A DNA stretch of 64,000 nucleotides from Octopus vulgaris (GCA_951406725.2 OX597827.1:77810001-77874000), one strand, 5' to 3'. Shown: positions 1-22,746, counted from the first letter of the stretch. Notes: generated from the sequence alone by a model not told the origin. Numbers and translations: made by a program.

Positions 1-857
1 CCACCCTGTCATTCATTCGGACATTGTATGTCTAGAATTATATTATGTTGTATTAATGTTAAAGTTGTTGTCGTGTTCCAGGTCAGCTTACCAAGATTTA
101 TGATCAAAGGTATTCCTGGCATGACCATCCCACCTGTCTTTAAGGAAGATGCATAATGAGGACAGTAAAGCAAAATGCCCTTCCTTTTCAAAGCAGCAGG
201 GTGCTATTTCTAACAAGAAACCGATTAGGGGCTACCTAGCCGTCAACCTAGTTGATCGGAATGCTTTTTTCTGGACGGAATTTTGGAAGTAGCTGTCCTT
301 CGAAGTCCCACATCTCGTGCAAAAGGAGTAAATGTGCAAAAAGAAAACCGGAATTTTTGCGAAAAAAACAACACAAATTTTTTTAGCATTGTGATTCTAT
401 TGTACACAAGGATATTTCTTTTTAAATGTAAGGGAACATATAAACCAGCTTCCTAGACAATCTCTTTCTGAGGTATGGGAGTTCGAAGGGCAGCCATACC
501 ATAATTCCGCAGAAAAAAAAAAAACCTACTTATTTCTCTTCCTAAGGGGTGTGGGACTTCGAAGGACAGCAACTGCAAAACTCCAGTTGACTGCGCTACT
601 TCTATAATGAATGTACCGACCAGGTAGGTAGGTAGGTAGGTCGGTACCTGGTGGCGTGAACTCTGGGTGGGTGTGTACTGTCTTAGATTATTATATATTG
701 GACGGGAAAGTGTTGAAACAAACGACCAAGCTGGGAGTTTTAGTGTTCCAGACACAACAGAAAAGAATTGAAGTGGAATATCATTAGAATTATTCATGAA
801 ATATTTTACTATGAAGAAGTCAGGCGTTTTATACACACACACATACACACTTGCGAG

Positions 858-10460
<9,603 letters not shown>

Positions 10461-10701
10461 TACATTCAGAGTTCGTGTCCCGCCCATCGATAAAGCATCA
10501 GCCTAAACACCGAGGCCCAAGTAATATTCTTCTAAAATATATTATCCTTGTGTGTCTGGTCATAAAAACAGAGACTTGTAAAGCGGTAATCAATTGAACG
10601 GAGGATTGTTCTATTAGCGTCGCTTATGGGATAAATTACAACATTAGCAATATCGGCGACAAAGCCAACAACAACAATAACAAAATGGAAAGCTTTAGTG
10701 T

Positions 10702-10960
10702 CCTGAGCTGTCCCCGCCCACTTTGGATCAAACACCCTGAGCTGTCCTCGCCCATTGTGCACCTAACATTCTGCACTGTCCCCGCCCACTTTGCATCAGG
10801 TACCCTGAGCTGTCCCCGCCCTGCTTTGCACCAGACATTTTGAGCTGTCTCCGCCCACTTTGCATCAGACGCCCTGAGTTGTCCATGCCCACTTTGCATT
10901 AGATCCGTTCTCTCCCCGCCTATTTTGCTTCAGACACCCTGAGCTCTCCCCGCCCACTTT
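10702..10960. repeat. 34-bp minisatellite, about 7.5 copies
   Basis: Consensus CCCTGAGCTGTCCCCGCCCACTTTGCATCAGACA. Confidence 0.9.
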
Positions 10961-11606
10961 GGTTTGGAAGCTAAAGTATTACCTCACAGCCACACCTGAC
11001 TGTAAGAAACTGTTCCCGAATCTATTCCCATTTCTGACCCTTTTTTTTACCAAACGAATATTTCGGAGCCCGTTTTCAGGGACATTAAATTCAGTAGATA
11101 ATAAAAGAATAAAAACCCTTGCGATTATGTTTGAGGAATATGAACAAATCAAGTGGGTATAAAGCATAGCTGTGTGGTAAGAAATTTGCTTCCCAGCCAC
11201 ACGGTTCCGGGTTCAGTCCCATCTCGTGGTACCTTGGGCAAATGTCTTTTAAACAAAGCCCTGGGAGCAGATTTTAGTAGACGGAAATGAAAGAAGCCTA
11301 TAGTGTGTGTGTGTGTGTGTGTTTTCCTCCTATCACCACTCGACAATCGGTATTGGCGTGTTTATGTCCCCGTAACTTAGCGGTTCGGCAAAAGGACCAG
11401 GCTTATATAAAAGGTACTGGGGTCCATTCGTTCGACTAATTTTCTTCAAGGCGGTGCTCCAGCATGGCTACAATCTAAGGACTGAAGTAAAGAAAACGAC
11501 GAAGAAAAATGTAAAATGATATTAAAAAAAATCAAACAGAAAATTCAAAAAACAGTCTAAATACAAAACAAAAAACTAAACAAACATTTATTGATAGCAA
11601 TAAATA

Positions 11607-11997
11607 TCTCTCTCTATATAAAGCTGAAGTTGTCTGTGTGTGTGGCAGGTTTGGTAGCCTTCAACTAACACTATCTCCTCCGAGACCCTGCGGCACAAGT
11701 TGACCAAAATTGAGAGTATGATAGAAGGCTTGCTCTTCCTTCCATAGAAGAAAAAATTCAAATCGGACCATGTTAACGCCAAAAATTATTTACATCAAAA
11801 ACGTGCTTTTTTTCTATGAAAATCCCTATTTTTTACGATTTTTTGACAGCTGTGTCGCCATTTTTCGGTGTATTTCAACCAGAAAAATGTTCACTTAAAG
11901 AGAATAACAACCTACATATTGCAAAATTTTTAGTTTTCAAAAATACCAATTCTAAAGAGTCGAAACAAACCCAAGCAACGCCGGGCAATATTGCTAG
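11607..11997 (+). mobile_element. Non-autonomous Helitron-like element
   Basis: Starts A|TC, ends CTAG|T, subterminal hairpin CCCAAGCAACGCCGGG at 11970-11985, no TSD. Confidence 0.85.
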
Positions 11998-12411
11998 TAT
12001 ATGATATGAATATCTTCAGTGAGAGAGAAATATGTTTCGGTGCATCAAACAGTGGCTTGATATTTGTCGTTGATCTTCTGAAGGGAATTCTCCATAATTC
12101 TCCATAGTTGTGAGATATTTTACTCTCATTACTGTAGAAGCTGAAAACGTAGATTAACGAGAAAAAAACTGTAGAGTGAATTAGTGCAAGAACCGTCCGT
12201 ACAGAGAGTATCGTAATTTCTGGTTTTATATTCGGACCCAAAATGTTGTAAGAAACTCTAAGGATGGCTGAGCAGCAGATAGTCTTCACAGAAGCTCCTT
12301 TCTTGCGAGTATTTCCGCCCATAACTCCGTACACTCTTAGGTGAGCAGACCACGCCCAGGTCATGACAACTGGATCCCCTTCTGCTGCCGTATTCTGTAC
12401 TATTGTGTGCA

Positions 12412-12741
12412 CTGTGGAGGCGCATGGATTAGTGGTTAGGGTATTTGGTTCACGATTATAAGGTTATGAGTTCGATATCCAAGCGGTGCGTTGTGTCCTT
12501 GAGCAAGACACTTTATTTCACTTTGCTCCAGCCCACTCAGCTGGCAAAAAGTGAGTTGTACATGTATTTCAAAGGGGCCAGCCTTTTCCCATTCTGTGTC
12601 ACGCTGAATCTTCATGAGAACTACGTTAAGCGTACGAATGCCTGTGGAGCACTCGGCCACTTGCACGTTAATTTCACGAGCAGGCCATCCCGGCGATCGG
12701 ATCAACTCGAACCCGCGTCGTCGTAACCGACGGAGCGCTAG
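12412..12741 (+). mobile_element. SINE family C (tRNA head, GTGTCCTTGAGCAAGACACTT), representative copy
   Basis: A/B boxes and 11-bp TSD TATTGTGTGCA (12401-12411, 12742-12752). Related copies: 17750-17994(-), 18712-18985(-), 30190-30559(+, TSD ATGTATGCAACT), 46098-46377(-), 51380-51640(+). Confidence 0.85.
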
Positions 12742-12779
12742 TATTGTGTGCATTGCAACCTTCTTAAATGGTTAAGGTG

Positions 12780-12990
12780 CCCCAGAGCCAGTTTAGTCGA
12801 AGACGACATTTGACTGTGGGCTACAATATGCCTTTTAAAATTCCTTTTCATTCCTTTTTGACCAGATCCAGTTAGAACTCTTCTCAGATGCTTCTGCCAT
12901 TGCTCGAAGAGCTCTGATTCTCTTCCTCCCAGAAATTGAGAGTCTTTTCAGGAGACCATAGGCATATTTGCTCACAAATCTTGGAAATTC
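12780..12990 (-). mobile_element. 3' end of a Hero-like (restriction-like endonuclease) non-LTR retrotransposon
   Basis: FVSKYAYGLLKRLSISGRKRIRALRAMAEASEKSSNWIWSKR resembles the recalled C-terminal pattern of Hero-type ORFs (GF...LGI.G..R.RA...EAAEKAS.WLW.KR). Confidence 0.6.
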
Positions 12991-13249
12991 AAGTCTAAAT
13001 CCCGAATCGAATGACTGCAAAATTCTCCTTGGGTCTTCAGAAAGCTGTTTCGCCTGTTGCATGGCTACAGTGATGGTGATTTAGATTGAATCGAATTTTT
13101 AGTTACCTATAATCCTGTAGAAAATATCGACAGAACCATAGTTATCAATTGTTTGATTATGATCTGCTTAATAGAATCAAGTGGAATTGTTTCACAAACA
13201 GAATCATCGCGACCGTGAAAACATTACAAGTGTATCATTTTACACTGCG

Positions 13250-14010
13250 TGTTTCCACAACTACTTTATTTTTCCACGAATGGCTTCAATATTGTATTTG
13301 AAAGGAAGTGGAAGCAAACCCGTTTTATCGTGAGACGAAAGTATTTTATATTCAATGTCAACAAAAGAATAAAAATCTTTCAAATGTTTTGTATTTACGA
13401 ACGAGTTATTGAAAAAAAAAGAGTAAAATTTCATTGTTACTACTTCCATATTAAGTTCAAGCCTACGAGAAAGATATCCAATTGCGTTGTGACAAATACG
13501 AGCAAAGCAGCCGACATCTTTAATTTCATCATCCAAACAATTTTTTTTTTCATTTGATAAAAAATGTCTTCCTGACCTTTCCGATCGATTCTTCCAAATT
13601 TCAAATTAGTTTTCCCTGCTCCAAATGCTACACTTTTTTTTATTAGATATTCTGTTATCATTTAAATATTTTTTCATATAGTTAACTGCAGTTTCTGAGT
13701 TCTCACTCAGCAACGTATTCAATATTAAAACCGTTACTTTCCCAGTATAAACGTGCAATGATAAAGGGCGTAAAAACCGTTTCTGTATCAATCAGAATTC
13801 ATTAAAAACTGGCATCTACCCAAATACTGTAAAAACCATGGTTTTCCCAAGTCTTTTTCAAACGTATTCATTGCAGAATTTGAAATGACATTTTTGTGTT
13901 AGAAAAGCTTTTAGCCATTTATAAACTGTGGAAGACTTTTGTGAATAACACCCGTAAATATTCAGAGCTTCTAAAGCTTTGATGATGTTTCTGATCACGT
14001 GATCGGTCAT
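13250..14010 (-). pseudogene. hAT-family transposase relic
   Basis: Frameshifted pieces in the expected order: KHHQSFRS, FYSIWVDAS (first catalytic Asp), SENSETAVNY, VAFGAGKTNLKFG..RKGQEDIF, VGCFARICHNAI (degenerate CxxH), LKDFYSFVDIEYKILSSHDKT. Confidence 0.7.
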
Positions 14011-14293
14011 TGTTGACTTAGAGGTAGATATTTCAGTAGGTTCTCAAGAACCTTCAAGAAGAAAAAAAAAATGATATAACTGCGATTTTGAAGATGAAAT
14101 ATTCGAACGGAAGTTAGGAATCTGGTGGCGGAATAATAGCAGCTAACAAGAAACTGTTTCATTAAATTCATTTAGCTTAATTCATTAAATTGTTCGTTTC
14201 ATTAAATTCATTTCATTCTCTAACAACAAACGAATTCGTTCTTACATTAAAACAGCTCAAAGGCTCGCCAGATTATTGATGAATAACATTAAA

Positions 14294-14687
14294 CTAGCAG
14301 TATCGCCCGGCGTTGCTCGGGTTTGTTTCGACCCTTTAGAATTGGAATTTTTGAAAAGTAAAAATTGTGTATTATGTAGCTTGTTATTCTCTTTAAGTGA
14401 ACATTTTTCTGGTTGAAATACATCGAAAAACGGCGGCACAGCAGTCAAAGAATCGTAAAAAATAGGGATTTTCATAGAAAAAAAAAGCACGTTTTTGATG
14501 TAAATAATTTTTGGGGTTAACATGGTCCGATTTGAATTTTATCTTCTACAGAAGGAAGAGCAAGCCTTCTTCTATCATACTCTCAATTTTGGTCAACTTG
14601 CGCCGCAGGGTCTCGGAGGAGATAGTGTTAGTTGAAGGCTACCAAACCTGCCATACACAGACAACTTCAGCTTTATATAGAGAGAGA
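14294..14687 (-). mobile_element. Non-autonomous Helitron-like element (second copy)
   Basis: Near-identical reverse complement of 11607-11997 with the same TC...hairpin-CTAG termini at an A|T site. Confidence 0.85.
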
Positions 14688-14699
14688 TTATTGATTTGC

Positions 14700-16200
14700 A
14701 AATCCAGTCAAGGCGTGCTTCAAGAATGGCATCAGGATACTCTCCCCTGTGTGTGGAACACGACTCTACCAATATTAACGCCATGTTCCAGCTGAAGAAC
14801 AAACACAAGACGCTACCACCACTGAATGTATACAAACATTGGTCTTTTATTGGTTACATCATGACCAGGAGAACTTGTTTTACTCACTGCAGCAATGAGA
14901 AGAAATGAGCATTGGCCAAATCGTCACATGATGCAAACAAAGGTCAGAGTGCAGGTCAGGTGGCGCTACACACGACACTCACGAACGTCAAACACCAACA
15001 GGTTCAGTTGATCCAAACTCGACTTTCTAGATATTCGTCGGAAATTCCGTCACTTTCTGGCTGTCAAATAGAAACTTTCAGAGATACAGTCACCTCGGGA
15101 GATGATGTAAATGACAACTGGTACTTCCTATGAATTAAACTCCGACCCTCTATGATGAGGTGACGATTCTGAAAACATCAGATTCATTACAAAAAAAAGG
15201 GCATCAAAACTAGTTCGATAACAACACAATCGTGAATGATATGCACAACATCCACGGTGTAACTCTGGAAAATACCTTATCCCTCACTCTTCAAAAAGGT
15301 AGTTTAAAACTCTTCGGTGCTAGATTCTGTATCTCTCTCTACACGGTGTAGATCTAACATTCTCCAACGGAAAATTTTATCACTACCATATTGATGACGC
15401 ACTGAACGTTGCTGAAAACAACTCTGCTATGAAAACACAGAAGAACAAGAAATCTTCTGGACAGAACACCATTACAGAGTGATAATGATATGGATTGGTT
15501 TACCACTACACAAGATCGCTACATCTCAGAAGTTGTAAGACAAAGAATGTATGTCATCTCAACATTACGAGAGTGTTAACATCCAGGACCACCTTAGAGT
15601 CCATTAACATTCAGTGTCTCCAGAATTTCCGTCCAGTCATCTGTCTAGAGAGGATTTAAGGGTCAGAGAAATCCTACATCAAACCTGCATCGACATCACA
15701 CTTTATACATACTACAACGCATGGTTATAACTTCTATAACAACCGATATGACGACGGCATTCCATCGACATTATAACGACGGCACTAAAATGGTTGGGAC
15801 ATAGAGCATTGCTCAAGTCTAACTAGCTTCCATTCCCACAGGGTCTGCTGCGGCCATGTACATTACTGTCAGCGTCTGGCTGAGGGCTTAAAGTAGAGGT
15901 GAAAAGACCCGCTGAAAATCCCTTCCAAGAGGATACCCGTCAACTTGTCTAAAATGGGAGACATTTGCTGTTCCCCGTTCATTTTGGTCGTCTCACTGTG
16001 AGATGGAAGAGAAAGGTCGTCGCTATTAGAAAAGGAAGTGAGACTCGCAGAGTAATAAGCGCCCTCTTCCCTCTCCAAACATTTTATGTCCCGTCTGCGA
16101 CCGAAGCTACACATCAAATATCTTGAAGGTCAACTGAATATAGTGGTTATTTAGGCAGTCATCCGGAACACCATGGGCCGAGGGAATGTCGTGTCGTGTT
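14700..16200 (+). mobile_element. Heavily deleted RTE/BovB-type LINE relic
   Basis: AP-endonuclease C-terminus-like CVEHDSTNINAMFQLKNKHKT...KHWSFIGYIMTRR (14750-14872), KNKKSSG (~15441), and a terminal zinc-finger remnant CPVCDRSYTSNI (~16087-16122). Confidence 0.55.
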
Positions 16201-16226
16201 TACCTAAAACGTTAACCACGAAAGAG

Positions 16227-16258
<32 letters not shown>

Positions 16259-16412
16259 CGATTTATAGTTGTCCATGACACAAAAGAGCATTTTGGGACT
16301 GAAATACGTGGGTTGGGTCTGTTAAGGAAGACTGGTGATTGCTTTAGTCTAAAGAATTGTTAAATAAAGAGATAAAGGAGGGGGTACAGGGGAGGGGAGG
16401 GGAGAGGAAGAT

Positions 16413-16551
16413 CACTGGCGTAATTAGTGTGTGTCGCCTAGGGCAGCCTCTTGTGTTTACGACCTCCATCCGGTCCACAGCAAACCCGAAACGCCGCCTA
16501 CAAAAGTATCACCTGGGGCGACCGCCCTCTCGCCCACCTCTAACTACGCTA
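16413..16551. mobile_element. Degenerate GC-rich MITE
   Basis: Imperfect TIRs TGGCGTAATTAG / CTAACTACGCTA, with internal GTCGCC...GGCGAC. TSD not clear. Confidence 0.45.
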
Positions 16552-18124
16552 GAGAGGAGGAGGAGGGGTGCATAAAAAAGGTGGTGGAATTGTAGTTTAG
16601 CAAGTGTAGATGTGGTTGGATTTTTTTGTCGGTCATTTAGAAGGTTCCTCACATCATCTGGAAAGGATTTCATCAGCTACTCCAAGCCACAACAACAACC
16701 TTGCCAATTGTGCTCCTTCACTGGACACTCACTTCTTTAAACTTCGCTCACTCAACAAACATTTTGAACTTGTTAGCTGGCCGTATTTCGTCTGACGTTA
16801 CGTCCTGAGTTCAAATTCCGCCGAGGTCGACTTTGCTTTTCATCCTTTCGGGGTCGATAAATAAAGTACCAGTTTCGCACTGGGGTCGATGTAATCGACT
16901 TAATCCCTTTGTCTGTCCTTGTTTGTCCCCTCTATGTTTAGCCCCTTGTGGGTAGTAAAGAAATATATCTTCATATCGACACCACCACCGGACTGTCAAG
17001 CCCTGTAAAACCCTATCATTATTAACAGCTGACCTACAACAAGCTCATCCTACATTCCGATTCCATTCAAAGCAATCGACCGACCATCACCATCTTCATA
17101 CACTTGTCAAATAAACAAATTGTTTATTTGACATCCAAAGCTTTTTAATGGGATTGACCAATCACGATCCCACTTTTTTTTACAATTATTTCAGATAAAC
17201 AAACTAATCACTCCCCAACACCCACCCCACCTCATTAGCAATCATTAAATTTCTCCCTGTAAAGACCCCCACACACACACCTTTCATCCTCTTCAATCTC
17301 CTTTACATTCTTGTATTTATAGTAAAGCTAACCAATGTATTTAGATAAACTTAGATATGTTTCGACCAAAGATTGGTCCAGGCCATGTCTAACTTAATAG
17401 CACCACCTGATAGGATTATCTAAATCCTGTTTAAGTCAAGTTTTGTTTATGGTCCATTCAAGTAGTGAGTTTTTGTTGGGTGAGTTGTATTTCAATTCCA
17501 CAATGCTCTCTTCCCGTCTCATATCCAACTCATCTAAAAAAAAACAAATGTTCTTTAATGGTTCTTCGTCCGTCACAACGACGAGTTGATCCGAAGAAGC
17601 CAGAAAGAACAGCAGACGCATCTTTTACGTTGTTCCTTGATCTTGTTAGAAACAACAGACAGTTCTCCCTCAAATTACTTTCTCTTGTCTTAAATAACCT
17701 AAAGACACATTAGATATGTAGTCCAAATAACATAAAATAATAATAAACGCGTCTTTTTAAAGCCTAGCCTGGCTCATGGGCCCGGTTTCCCGGTTTCAAT
17801 GGCTTATGTGTTCCTCAACTGTACGGGACGCTAGTCCATCGCAGCGTTACTCATTTTGCCAGCTGAGTGGACTGGAGCAACGTGAAATGAAGTGTTTTGC
17901 TCAAGAACACAACGCGTCGCCCGGTCCAGGAATCGAAACCACAATCTTACGATCATGATGCTGACACCCTAACCACTAAGCCACGCGCCTCCACGCCCAA
18001 ATAATATATACCCCATAAAAAGCGAGATGGTTATCAAAGGTTTGCTTGATTCTGAGTTGAATGGGGTTAAACAATGGTTTCAAATTTTGGGACAAGGGAG
18101 TGGGTTAAGTCGATTACCCCAAAA

Positions 18125-18514
18125 GGCGCAGGAGTGGCTGTGTGGTAAGTAGCTTGTTTACCAACCACATGGTTCCGGGTTCAGTCCCACTGCGTGGCAT
18201 CATGGGCAAATGTTTTCTATTTTAGCCTCGGGCCGACCAAAGCCTTGTGAGTGGATTTGGTAGACGGAAACTGAAAGAAGCCCGTCGTATATATCTATAT
18301 ATATGCGTGCGTGTCTGTGTTTGTACCCCTAGCATTGCTTGACAACCGATGCTGGTGTATTTATCTCCCCGTTACTTAGCGGTTCGGCATAAGAGACCGA
18401 TATAATAAGTACTGGGCTTACAAAAGAATAAGTCCCGGGGTCGAGTTGCTTGATTAAAGGCGGTGCTCCAGCATGGCCGCAGTCAAATGACTGAAACAAG
18501 TAAAAGAGTAAAAG
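18125..18514 (+). mobile_element. SINE family A (tRNA head, CORE-like ACCTTGGGCAAG, internal TA/TG microsatellite, CR1-like tail), representative copy
   Basis: A-box TGGCTGTGTGG, B-box GGTTCAGTCCC, tail GGCGGTGCTCCAGCATGGCCGCAGTC...TGAAAC(AAGAGTAA)n. Other copies: 9120-9452(-), 11160-11495(+), 23835-24380 (rearranged cluster), 28430-28842(-), 31231-31640(+), 47871-48232(+), 52995-53445(+), 58903-59290(-). Confidence 0.9.
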
Positions 18515-19056
18515 TATGAAAGGCAAATTCGACCTTGGCGAAATTCGAGCCCAGAACGAAGAGCCGGAAGAATTGCCGCTAAGCATTTTGTTCGACTCGC
18601 CAATGGTTCTACAAGTAATGCACTTTGGAACTTACTCGACTGTACAAACACCATTGCCTACATAAATACACACACACAAACATCAAAACACAAACAGCCC
18701 CCCTCCACACACTGGTACTCGGTCGGTTGCGACGAGGAGAGTTCCAGTTTATAGGATCAACGGAACAGCCTGCTTGTGAAATTAACGTGCAAGTGGCTGA
18801 GCACTCCACAGACACAGGATGTGACAAGGCCGACCCTTTGAAATACATGTAATACTCACTTTTGCCATGTGAACGGACTGGAGCAACAAGAAATAGAAAA
18901 AAAAACGTCTTGCTCAAGGACAAAATGCACCGCCGGGGATCGAACTCACGATCCGAATACCCAAACCCCGAAGTCACGCGCCTTCACCTTCTCCACCCAC
19001 GCACATATATCTACAGGCAATAAAACACGTCGCGTACCACATGCAATATTTAACAG

Positions 19057-19242
19057 GTACCATAAAGGCAACACGGTCTTTAAATCTGGCTGGTCGGCTG
19101 AGTTGCGACATTGGCTGTGGTTGACTGACTGATGCAGGAGAGGAAAGCAATTAGAATCGGATGGCTGACGGGTGGCCCCAGTCTCGTCCCCGTCTCAACT
19201 GCTGCTGTCTACAATGGCTGTGCACAAGTGGTGTCAGAGCAG
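19057..19242 (+). other. Candidate non-coding exon
   Basis: Unique CpG-containing island bounded by TTTAACAG| and CAG|GTAAGG. Stops in all three frames. Contains a strong-context acaATGg at 19214. Confidence 0.3.
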
Positions 19243-19497
19243 GTAAGGAAAGAGAGAGTTGATGGAAGAAGGAATGGAGTTAGAAGTGACAGTTAGAAAA
19301 CGTGCCTTGAAAAATAATTCGTGATAGTCATATAATGAGGGACCAGTTTAGCAGAGTCTCTGAGTATAGGATTTAAAATACCCTCGGTGGGTATTTAAAA
19401 AAGGACAGTGAAAACTAGACCACAAGTACTCTAGTCAAAATGGACCAAGTCTCTTTTCTCTCTCTAACATAGGCACACAGCCAGTAAATTCACGTTT

Positions 19498-19530
<33 letters not shown>

Positions 19531-19690
19531 CACATACTAACTATCTATCATATATATATATATATATATTATATATATAATAAAAGTATATTTTACTACC
19601 AGCTTTTCAATGCCAAAGCAGAAATATGTTAAAAAGCATTTGAAAAATCGAGAAAAATGTGTATTGTGCGTGCCAAATAGTGGATCTTAG

Positions 19691-19732
<42 letters not shown>

Positions 19733-19879
19733 CAAAAAAAATATCAATTTATTAATGCGTTCGATATACACACACAGACACACACATATTTATATATATA
19801 AGTGTTCAGGGCGAACACACGCACACACATTATATATAATCAATACAGCAAAGAAATATCAATACAGGAAAAAAAAATA

Positions 19880-22660
19880 TCTAAACCAGTCCTATAGAAA
19901 ACAGGAAGAATACAATAAAAGGGAAAGTGGGAAGAGAAAAATTGCCAAAGGGAGAGACGATGACAATAAGAAAAATCTATGGAAACTGGAAGAGAGAGAG
20001 AAAGGGTAAAAGGTATGAGTGTAATGAGTTGGGTCGATATGGATAGAGTAAAAGTTTTGAGGGAGAAGGGGAGGTTGAAGGAGAGAGTAAGGGGAATGGG
20101 GGGTAGTGGTGGTAGTGTGAGGTGGAAAGAGTTTGAATGGGAGGTGCTGTAGTGAGGAGTGGGAGGAGGAAGAGGTAAGTTGGTTAAAAAAAGGGACAAG
20201 AATGTAAATTGGCTGAAAAAAAAATAAATCGGTGGAGTTGCAGGAAGAGTAGGAATTTTATTAGAGGAGGAAGAAGACTTGTTAGAGTGAGGGAGGGGGA
20301 CTAATTAGAAGAGGTGAAAGAGAACGAGGTGTAGTGAGATGTGTGAGAGAGGGAGGAGTATGTGTGTATGTGTGCGGTATGACGAGAAATAGATAAGCGT
20401 GAGGCGTAGTCAGAGGTAGAGTGAGGGAGGAGGAAAAGGTGAGGTGTAGTAAGAGAATATGATGAATAGTGCAAGAAGAAAAGAGAGAGGGGGAAATAAT
20501 TGTAGAAATGGTAAAAGAGAAGAATGTATAATTATCTTTGGAAAAAAATGCGAAGTTAGTGAGAGAGAGTGAGGAAGAGAGAAAGATAGAGAGGACAAAG
20601 AATGAGTGGAAGGACATGAGGTGTAGAGGGAGAAGGCTAGCTGAGGGGGTGTGTGAAGTGTAGCGAGAGTAATAATGACTGAGGAGGGAGAAAAAAACTG
20701 ATTAGAGTAGAAGTAAGAGGTTTCATTTTGAGTGAAGGGGAAAAGAGTGTGTGTGAGAGAGAGAGAGAGACAGAGTAAAGAAATGGTGAAAGAGTAATAA
20801 GTGTGAGGGAAGAGAAGAGAAAAAGTAGGTCTGAGATAGAAGTAGAGAGAGATAGGGTGATAGCGGCAGTCGAAGGTGTAGTGGGGAAGAGTAAGAGTAG
20901 GGGTGATTTAGTGTATAAAAAATTGTCCAAAGAGAAGTAAGAGTAGAAGTTGTGAAAGGGGAAGAGGGAGAGGAGAAAAATATAAGGTGCGGTGAAAGAG
21001 AGTGTGAGTGGTAGTAAGAAAATTGAAAAGTAGGGAGAGAATAAGGAAGGAGAGAGAGAAAGCAAGTGTGAGAGGGAGTGAAGGGGAGGAAACAAAAAAG
21101 GATTAATGATATCATGGAAGGAAAGGAGAGAAAGAAAGGATCTATGAATGAACGAAAGGGGGAGAGATAATGTGAGGCATAGTGAGAGAAAATTAAAGGA
21201 AAAGGAGGAATAGTGAAGCAATAGAGAGGGGGAGAATAAGGATCAGTGATATAATAGAAAATAAGAGAGGGTGTAAGAAAGAGGGAATCTAAGGAAGAAG
21301 GAAAAGAAAAAGGTGAGGTGCAGTGAGAGAATAGAGAGGGAGGAACAAGGATTAGTGATATAATAAAAAGAAAAGAAAAAGGATGTGAGGTGTAGTGAGA
21401 GAAGAGGAGGGAAAGAAAAATGTAAGAGAAACAACAGAAGGAGATAGAATATGGGGTGTAGTGTGAGACTGGAAATAACAGAGAGAGAGGGATGTAGTGG
21501 GGTGTAGTGAAAGGATAGAAACAAAGAGAGGGAGTGCGTATGTATATTTTAGTAAAAAAGAGTCAAGATGGCTGAAAAATCAATGAGTTGCGGTGAGAGT
21601 AATAGTTGTGATGAGGGTGGAGGGAAATTATAAAATCAACAGGGAATAGAGAAGAAATGGTGGGAAAAAATGAGGGAGAAAGCAATGAAATGGGGGAAAC
21701 GAAAGGGTTAAAATAAATATAAAAAAAACAAAGTACATTTATAATCTTTATATATATATATGTTACTCCCTCTCTCTGTCTGTCATATATATTTATGAGA
21801 GCGATATAATGGATTAATGGTGAGAGAGAGATAGGCGGGAGGAAAGTGAGAGAAGGTGTTTGTAAAGGGGGGAAGAGAAGGTTAGGAATAGATAAAGAGT
21901 GAAGGAGACGGAGGGGGAGGAGAGGAAGAAGGAGTAGCGAGAGAGAGAGAGAGAGAGGGATTAAAGGTAACTTAGAAAGAAAAAGGGAGTTAGAGGAATG
22001 GGGAAAAAGTAGGATTAAAAAGGATGAAAAAAGAGAGGGAGTAGAGGGAGAGGAATAAGTGATACAGAGAGAGAGATGGAGTGAAAGCAGGATTAGAAAA
22101 AGATAAAGAAAAGGTGAGAGAGAGAGAGAGAAGTAGGAGGGAAAATAAAATATCAGAAAATGGTGTGAGTGACGAAAGTGGTGGAGCGGTAATTGGGAAG
22201 GTGAAAGACTAGAAAAAGGAAGGAAGAGGGGAAGTGGTTCTGTATAAATGAAATGGGGATATGTTGATAAAAAAAAAAGGGACTGCAAGACGATAGGAAG
22301 TTGTGGAGTGAGAGAAGAGGAAAGGAGGAGATAGATAGGCAGAGTAAAGAAGGTAAATGTATTCGAGGAAAAAGAAAGAGAAGAAAAAAGAGAGTGAAAA
22401 AAGAAGTAGGTAAAGAGAGGAGGAGGATAAAACAGTTGGGATTGGAGGGAGAAGGGGTAGTGAGGAAGTAGGAGGAAAAGAAAACAGGTGAGAAAGAGTG
22501 AAGGAGGAGGAGGAAGAGGAAGGTGAAAAGGTGAGATAAAGGAGAAAGAAAGAAGGAAGAGACGAGGTTGGACGGCAAATAAGTGATAAAATAAAAAGTA
22601 AATAGGGAAAGAGGACGAAGATAATAAATATAAGGGTAAGGAGGGCTTGAGAGAGAATAG
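19880..22660 (+). repeat. ~2.7-kb purine-rich (GA) low-complexity tract
   Basis: Nearly C-free + strand with a recurrent GAGGTGTAGTGAGA motif. Similar tracts at 33000-34390 (pyrimidine-rich) and 55450-56250 (purine-rich). Confidence 0.9.
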
Positions 22661-22714
22661 CCATACCTATCTATCTACCTACCTACCTATCTATCTATCT
22701 ATCTATCTATCCAT

Positions 22715-22746
<32 letters not shown>

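Noticed and set aside
11607-14687. A single hAT transposon with ~390-bp TIRs
   Set aside because: The arms have Helitron termini, there is no 8-bp TSD, and the interior is a mix of unrelated relics.
19840-22664. Leu/Ser/Phe-rich minus-strand ORFs that look like membrane proteins
   Set aside because: Artefact of the polypyrimidine strand, with no domain motifs.
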